A DNA stretch of 64,000 bases from Vicugna vicugna. Its lineage: Eukaryota. The position numbers and the translations under genes were made by a program. The notes under the pieces are model-generated. The model made no database searches. It worked only from the letters and a program-made list of their open reading frames with translations, and was not told where the DNA came from. Below are positions 63,905 through 64,000 of the stretch, piece by piece; positions within the stretch are counted from its first letter, which is position 1, and each line of letters begins with the position of its first letter. The DNA lies in contig MU057576.1 of assembly GCA_013265495.1 (NCBI GenBank), forward strand, positions 282,982 to 346,981, read 5' to 3'.

Positions 63905-64000
63905 TCCCCATGCAAGTTTTAGAATTTATTTCCCATCCCCCTACTTTTGCTATTACTATGTCTTCTGCCTACAGCTTTCCCCCCATGCCTTCTGAAATCC

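Noticed and set aside
1..64000. CRISPR array, operon or prokaryotic defence-type system
   Set aside because: The sequence is mammalian; there are no regularly spaced repeat-spacer arrays or dense gene clusters.

Overview
Mammalian, repeat-rich, apparently intergenic or intronic DNA. It is almost certainly from a camelid (camel/alpaca/llama), because it holds about ten copies of a tRNA-derived SINE matching the camelid vic-1 type as I recall it. The only gene-derived sequence I can identify is a near full-length, intronless, disabled EIF4G1 processed pseudogene on the minus strand (~23290-28680). It keeps 5' UTR, CDS remnant, 3' UTR, polyA signal, decayed polyA tail and a probable target-site duplication (TSD). 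The rest is L1 fragments of several ages, solo ERV/MaLR LTRs, MER DNA transposons, MIR/L2 relics, microsatellites and a few candidate regulatory motif clusters. I found no intact protein-coding gene, RNA gene or CRISPR array, and nothing I can defend as a new biological system. The best leads are: (i) two ~90%-identical, TSD-flanked copies of an 'ancient-type' L1MC-like 3' UTR, suggesting a lineage-specific younger retroposon; (ii) a 3.3 kb L1-plus-unique-DNA block flanked by a ~41-47 bp direct repeat (possible 3' transduction); (iii) isoform information frozen in the EIF4G1 retrocopy. Repeat family names come from visual recognition, not from a database search, and boundaries without TSDs are approximate.
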